Source: Lepidodermella squamata
Lineage: Eukaryota; Animalia; Gastrotricha
Length of the DNA: 64,000 nt
Direction of reading: 5' to 3'
Assembly (NCBI GenBank): GCA_047495785.1
Contig: JBLDXI010000048.1
Coordinates: forward strand, 1,116,001 to 1,180,000
Below are positions 58,301-64,000 of the stretch, piece by piece. The position numbers were made by a program, and so were the translations under genes. The notes below the pieces were generated by a model. That model saw nothing but the letters and a program-made list of their open reading frames with translations, ran no database searches and was not told where the DNA came from. How positions within the stretch are numbered: position 1 is the stretch's first letter; each line of letters opens with the position of its first letter.

Positions 58301-61044
58301 TCCGAAGCCGATATCGACACGATCGGCGGCGAATTTGGGCAGCGGCCGCGGATAGTTTATACAGAATTTCGAGGGCTATCCGCCGATATAAGAATTATTG
58401 ACCGGCGATACTTGGTTCGCGCTGAAATTGCGTGCAAAGTCAGTCAAATTGGCGTGCGGCCAAGGCCAAAATCGCGATTTCCGAAGCCGATATCGACACG
58501 ATCGGCGGCGAATTTGGGCAGCGGCCGCGGATAGTTTGTACAGAATTTAGAGGGCTATCCGCCGATATAAGAATTATGGGCCGGCGATACATGGTTCGCG
58601 CTGAAATTGCGTGCAAAGTCAGTCAAATTGGCGTGCGGCCAAGGCCAAAATCGCGATTTCCGAAGCCGATATCGACGCGATCGGCGGCGAATTTGGGCAG
58701 CGGCCGCGGATAGTTTATACAGAATTTCGAGGGCTATCCGCCGATATAAGAATTATGGGCCGGCGATACATGGTTCGCGCTGAAAATGCGTGCAAAGTCA
58801 GTCAAATTGGCGTGCGGCCAAGGCCACAATCGCGATTTCCGAAGCCGATATCGACACGATCGGCGGCGAATTTGGGCAGCGGCCGCGGATAGTTTATACA
58901 GAATTTAGAGGGCTATCCGCCGATATAAGATTTATTGACCGGCGATACTTGGTTCGCGCTGAAATTGCGTGCAAAGTAAGTCAAATTGGCGTGCGGCCAA
59001 GGCCAAAATCGCGATTTCCGAAGCCGATATCGACACGATCGGCGGCGAATTTGGGCAGCGGCCGCGGATAGTTTGTACAGAATTTAGAGGGCTATCCGCC
59101 GATATAAGAATTATGGGCCGGCGATACATGGTTCGCGCTGAAAATGCGTGCAAAGTCAGTCAAATTGGCGTGCGGCCAAGGCCAAAATCGCGATTTCCGA
59201 AGCCGATATCGACACGATCGGCGGCGAATTTGGGCAGCGGCCGCGGATAGTTTATACAGAATTTAGAGGGCTATCCGCCGATATAAGATTTATTGACCGG
59301 CGATACTTGGTTCGCGCTGAAAATGCGTGCAAAGTCAGTCAAATTGGCGTGCGGCCAAGGCCAAAATCGCGATTTCCGAAGCCGATATCGACACGATCGG
59401 CGGCGAATTTGGGCATCGGCCGCTGATAGTTTGTACAGAATTTCGAGGGCTATCCGCCGATATAAGATTTATTGACCGGCGATACTTGGTTCGCGCTGAA
59501 ATTGCGTGCAAAGTAAGTCAAATTGGCGTGCGGCCAAGGCCAAAATCGCGATTTCCGAAGCCGATATCGACACGATCGGCGGCGAATTTGGGCAGCGGCC
59601 GCGGATAGTTTGTACAGAATTTAGAGGGCTATCCGCCGATATAAGAATTATGGGCCGGCGATACATGGTTCGCGCTGAAAATGCGTGCAAAGTCAGTCAA
59701 ATTGGCGTGCGGCCAAGGCCAAAATCGCGATTTCCGAAGCCGATATCGACACGATCGGCGGCGAATTTGGGCAGCGGCCGCGGATAGTTTATACAGAATT
59801 TAGAGGGCTATCCGCCGATATAAGATTTATTGACCGGCGATACTTGGTTCGCGCTGAAAATGCGTGCAAAGTCAGTCAAATTGGCGTGCGGCCAAGGCCA
59901 AAATCGCGATTTCCGAAGCCGATATCGACACGATCGGCGGCGAATTTGGGCAGGGGCCGCGGATAGTTTGTACAGAATTTCGAGGGCTATCCGCCGATAT
60001 AAGAATTATGGGCCGGCGATACATGGTTCGCGCTGAAATTGCGTGCAAAGTCAGTCAAATTGGCGTGCGGCCAAGGCAAAAATCGCGATTTCCGAAGCCG
60101 ATATCGACACGATCGGCGGCGAATTTGGGCAGCGGCCGCGGATAGTTTATACAGAATTTCGAGGGCTATCCGCCGATATAAGATTTATTGACCGGCGATA
60201 CTTGGTTCGCGCTGAAATTGCGTGCAAAGTGAGTCAAATTGGCGTGCGGCCAAGGCCAAAATCGCGATTTCCGAAGCCGATATCGACGCGATCGGCGGCG
60301 AATTTGGGCAGCGGCCGCGGATAGTTTATACAGAATTTAGAGGGCTATCCGCCGATATAAGATTTATTGACCGGCGATACTTGGTTCGCGCTGAAAATGC
60401 GTGCAAAGTCAGTCAAATTGGCGTGCGGCCAAGGCCAAAATCGCGATTTCCGAAGCCGATATCGACACGATCGGCGGCGAATTTGGGCAGCGGCCGCGGA
60501 TAGTTTATACAGAATTTCGAGGGCTATCCGCCGATATAAGATTTATTGACCGGCGATACTTGGTTCGCGCTGAAATTGCGTGCAAAGTGAGTCAAATTGG
60601 CGTGCGGCCAAGGCCAAAATCGCGATTTCCGAAGCCGATATCGACGCGATCGGCGGCGAATTTGGGCAGCGGCCGCGGATAGTTTATACAGAATTTCGAG
60701 GGCTATCCGCCGATATAAGATTTATTGACCGGCGATACTTGGTTCGCGCTGAAATTGCGTGCAAAGTGAGTCAAATTGGCGTGCGGCCAAGGCCTAAATC
60801 GCGATTTCCGAAGCCGATATCGACACGATCGGCGGCGAATTTGGGCAGCGGCCGCGGATAGTTTGTACAGAATTTCGAGGGCTATCCGCCGATATAAGAA
60901 TTATGGGCCGGCGATACATGGTTCGCGCTGAAATTGCGTGCAAAGTCAGTCAAATTGGCGTGCGGCCAAGGCCTAAATCGCGATTTCCGAAGCCGATATC
61001 GACACGATCGGCGGCGAATTTGGGCAGCGGCCGCGGATAGTTTA
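52377..61044. repeat. 179-bp tandem satellite, about 48 copies
   Basis: Exact 179-bp periodicity (52525, 52704, 52883...), with variation by substitution only. Confidence 0.98.
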
Positions 61045-62871
61045 GGCGGGACTCCGATATTGTCTTACGCCCTATTCTCGGCCGATATTCAGCCTTTTCT
61101 CAGCCTATTCTCAGCCTATAATAGAAAATGTACTACGGCTCCCTTCCCTCTGCATCACGTGACCGAGTGAGCGCCGGGCGCGGCGTTGCGTAATTCTCAG
61201 CTGAGAATTTGATATAATGTTACGCTAATACGCGTGCGAAAGCGGCGCACCCTGATGCGCTTCTTGATGCGCGTGAATTATCTGTGAATAGTGCTCATAC
61301 CTGCAGAGTACACATTTTAAACCTATGGTATATATTTTCGTAAGCGCGCGCTCGTGATAAATGACTAACTGATAAAATAATTTGGCATGTAAAGAAAATA
61401 TGAATTTCTTAATGGTAAGGAATTTCAAGAAACAAATTAGATATTCTGATTCATCTTGAAAAGTTACATTTATGTGTCAATTTGCGCGCATTTATCTTTC
61501 AAAATGAGCGAGAAATGGGGCAGAAATGTTCATGTGTTTTAGTGCGCGCGCTCAAAAATAGTGCGTGTTCTCTCAACACTGCGCAGTATAAACGCGAGAG
61601 GCGAGAGGTTGTGCGCGCGCGTCGACACTACCAACACACAAACACAAGCGCGCGCGCGCACAAGAACAAAATGTCAATTCTTTTTCCGCGCGATTTTTCC
61701 CCCATGTTGAGTCACAATCACGCGCAAATTTACGGGAAAGATAATATTTTCACGCTGAATCCAAATATCCCATTTGTTTCTTAAAATTCCTCGCCATCAA
61801 AAACTTAACAAGGTGATGCGTTGGAAAATTCAGCCAAAATTTTACCAAAATTAATGAACCACGTCCTAGATTTTTATTCAATTATTTTATTCAAAATTTT
61901 CAAATTTCATATGTGACATCAGTGCGCACTGCACTTACTTTATAACCAACTTCGACTTTGGCGTTTTGCGCACTACGACCGTGTTTTTCATGTGTTGTAC
62001 GTACGATGGTGCGCGCACCTTTTTCGTCGTATTCTGTATTTCAGCGCGTCGTATGTGCGTCGTATGTACGACGGAAAAGTTGTACGTACGATGCAGTTTT
62101 CGTCGTACGCCTAGGGGGGCGTACGAGCGCGCGCATACGACGCGCCTTATCACCGAGCATAGATCTACGCATCTTTCGGCCTGCGCACGCGCGCGTTCGA
62201 GTTATGCGTAAATTTTGTGCGCGCTTCGATTGGTCAACGGGCCCCGGTCCCAAAATGGAACTGCGCGCCCGGTTACGAATATCAAAGAAAGCCGATTTTC
62301 GCGTTGTATTTTGTATTTCAGCGATTTGTAGTACGCGCGCTGTATGCTCTCTCGTACGCGCACGATGAGCGTACAACACATGAAAAACACGGCGAGAGTT
62401 GGAGAACGTTCTTCCTTAAAATGAGCCACCACCTAATCGCGAATATTAGCTCTTTATCGCCCCATTACACGCAATTGTGTAACCGGCTACTAGCTTAATT
62501 ACCATCTTTCTTCCCATTTCGTGGAATGAAAATTAGTAAACCACCGATCCCGATGCCGCGCGGACGAAGTCGCTTCGTTTCGCCGTAATAATAACCAAGT
62601 TTCTCAGCTGAGAATTACGCAACGCCGCTGCCCGCGCTCACCCGCGCGCTCACTCAGTCACGTGATCCAGCGCGCGAAGAGAGCGCTGTATCGCGGTTCT
62701 CAGCTGATAATTACGCAACGCCGCTCCCGGCGCTCACTCCCGCGCTCACTCGGTCACGTGATACAGCGGGAAGGGAGCCGTAGTACATTTTCTATTATCG
62801 GCTGAGAATAGGCTGAGAACAGGCTAAATATCGGCCGAGAATAGGGCGTAAGACAATATCGGAGTCTCGCC
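61045..62871. mobile_element. Non-autonomous PIF/Harbinger-like DNA transposon, 1827 bp
   Basis: Imperfect TIRs of about 165 bp beginning GGCG(g/a)GACTCCGATATTGTCTTACGCCC; TTA TSD (61042-61044, 62872-62874). Removing the element restores the satellite monomer. There is no transposase ORF. Confidence 0.9.
61979..62392. mobile_element. Nested 414-bp MITE
   Basis: Perfect 23-bp TIR CCGTGTTTTTCATGTGTTGTACG with a CGA direct repeat on both flanks. Confidence 0.75.
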
Positions 62872-64000
62872 TTATACAGAATTTCGAGGGCTATCCGCCG
62901 ATATAAGATTTATTGACCGGCGATACTTGGTTCGCGCTGAAATTGCGTGCGAAGTGAGTCAAATTGGCGTGCGGCCAAGGCCAAAATCGCGATTTCCGAA
63001 GCCGATATCGACGCGATCGGCGGCGAATTTGGGCAGCGGCCGCGGATAGTTTATACAGAATTTCGAGGGCTATCCGCCGATATAAGAATTATGGGCCGGC
63101 GATACATGGTTCGCGCTGAAATTGCGTGCAAAGTCAGTCAAATTGGCGTGCGGCCAAGGCCAAAATCGCGATTTCCGAAGCCGATATCGACACGATCGGC
63201 GGCGAATTTGGGCAGCGGCCGCGGATAGTTTATACAGAATTTCGAGGGCTATCCGCCGATATAAGATTTATTGACCGGCGATACTTGGTTCGCGCTGAAA
63301 TTGCGTGCAAAGTGAGTCAAATTGGCGTGCGGCCAAGGCCAAAATCGCGATTTCCGAAGCCGATATCGACGCGATCGGCGGCGAATTTGGGCAGCGGCCG
63401 CTGATAGTTTGTACAGAATTTAGAGGGCTATCCGCCGATATAAGATTTATTGACCGGCGATACTTGGTTCGCGCTGAAATTGCGTGCAAAGTCAGTCAAA
63501 TTGGCGTGCGGCCAAGGCCAAAATCGCGATTTCCGAAGCCGATATCGACACGATCGGCGGCGAATTTGGGCAGCGGCCGCGGATAGTTTGTACAGAATTT
63601 CGAGGGCTATCCGCCGATATAAGAATTATGGGCCGGCGATACATGGTTCGCGCTGAAATTGCGTGCAAAGTCAGTCAAATTGGCGTGCGGCCAAGGCAAA
63701 AATCGCGATTTCCGAAGCCGATATCGACACGATCGGCGGCGAATTTGGGCAGCGGCCGCGGATAGTTTATACAGAATTTCGAGGGCTATCCGCCGATATA
63801 AGATTTATTGACCGGCGATACTTGGTTCGCGCTGAAATTGCGTGCAAAGTGAGTCAAATTGGCGTGCGGCCAAGGCCAAAATCGCGATTTCCGAAGCCGA
63901 TATCGACGCGATCGGCGGCGAATTTGGGCAGCGGCCGCTGATAGTTTGTACAGAATTTAGAGGGCTATCCGCCGATATAAGATTTATTGACCGGCGATAC
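62872..64000. repeat. 179-bp satellite continued, about 6 copies, running off the window
   Basis: Same monomer, in register after the TSD. Confidence 0.98.

Noticed and set aside
52345-63941. Dozens of 60-93 aa ORFs (MQSQSNWRAAKAK...)
   Set aside because: They are by-products of the 179-bp satellite: mostly non-ATG starts, and the period is not a multiple of 3.
52377-64000. CRISPR array
   Set aside because: These are head-to-tail monomers with no unique spacers, there are no cas genes, and the context is eukaryotic.

Overview
Compact eukaryotic, probably invertebrate animal, genomic DNA with short GT-AG introns of about 50 bp; there is no prokaryotic signal. (1) 1-36.4 kb: a co-oriented tandem array of about 17 related genes with intron-free coding regions. 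Most encode ~400-450 aa proteins with an N-terminal CxxC-x3-C motif, a helical core and a C-terminal SOCS box (BC box plus cullin box). Fourteen have an uninterrupted frame, one has a single nonsense codon, one is a frameshifted relic and one is divergent and lacks the SOCS box. The array runs directly into an intronless viperin (RSAD2) and a small secreted Cys-rich protein, which suggests an innate-immune/ubiquitin-ligase island (inference). It shows unequal crossover, mosaic paralogs and MITE insertions. (2) 38-51.5 kb: a clan-3-like cytochrome P450, a very short SERBP1/HABP4-like gene, a trypsin-like protease, a C2H2 zinc-finger gene, a micro-exon-rich Pro/Asn-rich secreted protein, and an astacin-EGF-CUB-kringle protein that has lost all catalytic residues. 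(3) 52.4-64 kb: a homogeneous 179-bp satellite interrupted by a 1.8-kb non-autonomous PIF/Harbinger-like element (TTA TSD) that holds a nested MITE. All calls come from reading motifs by eye; no database search was run.
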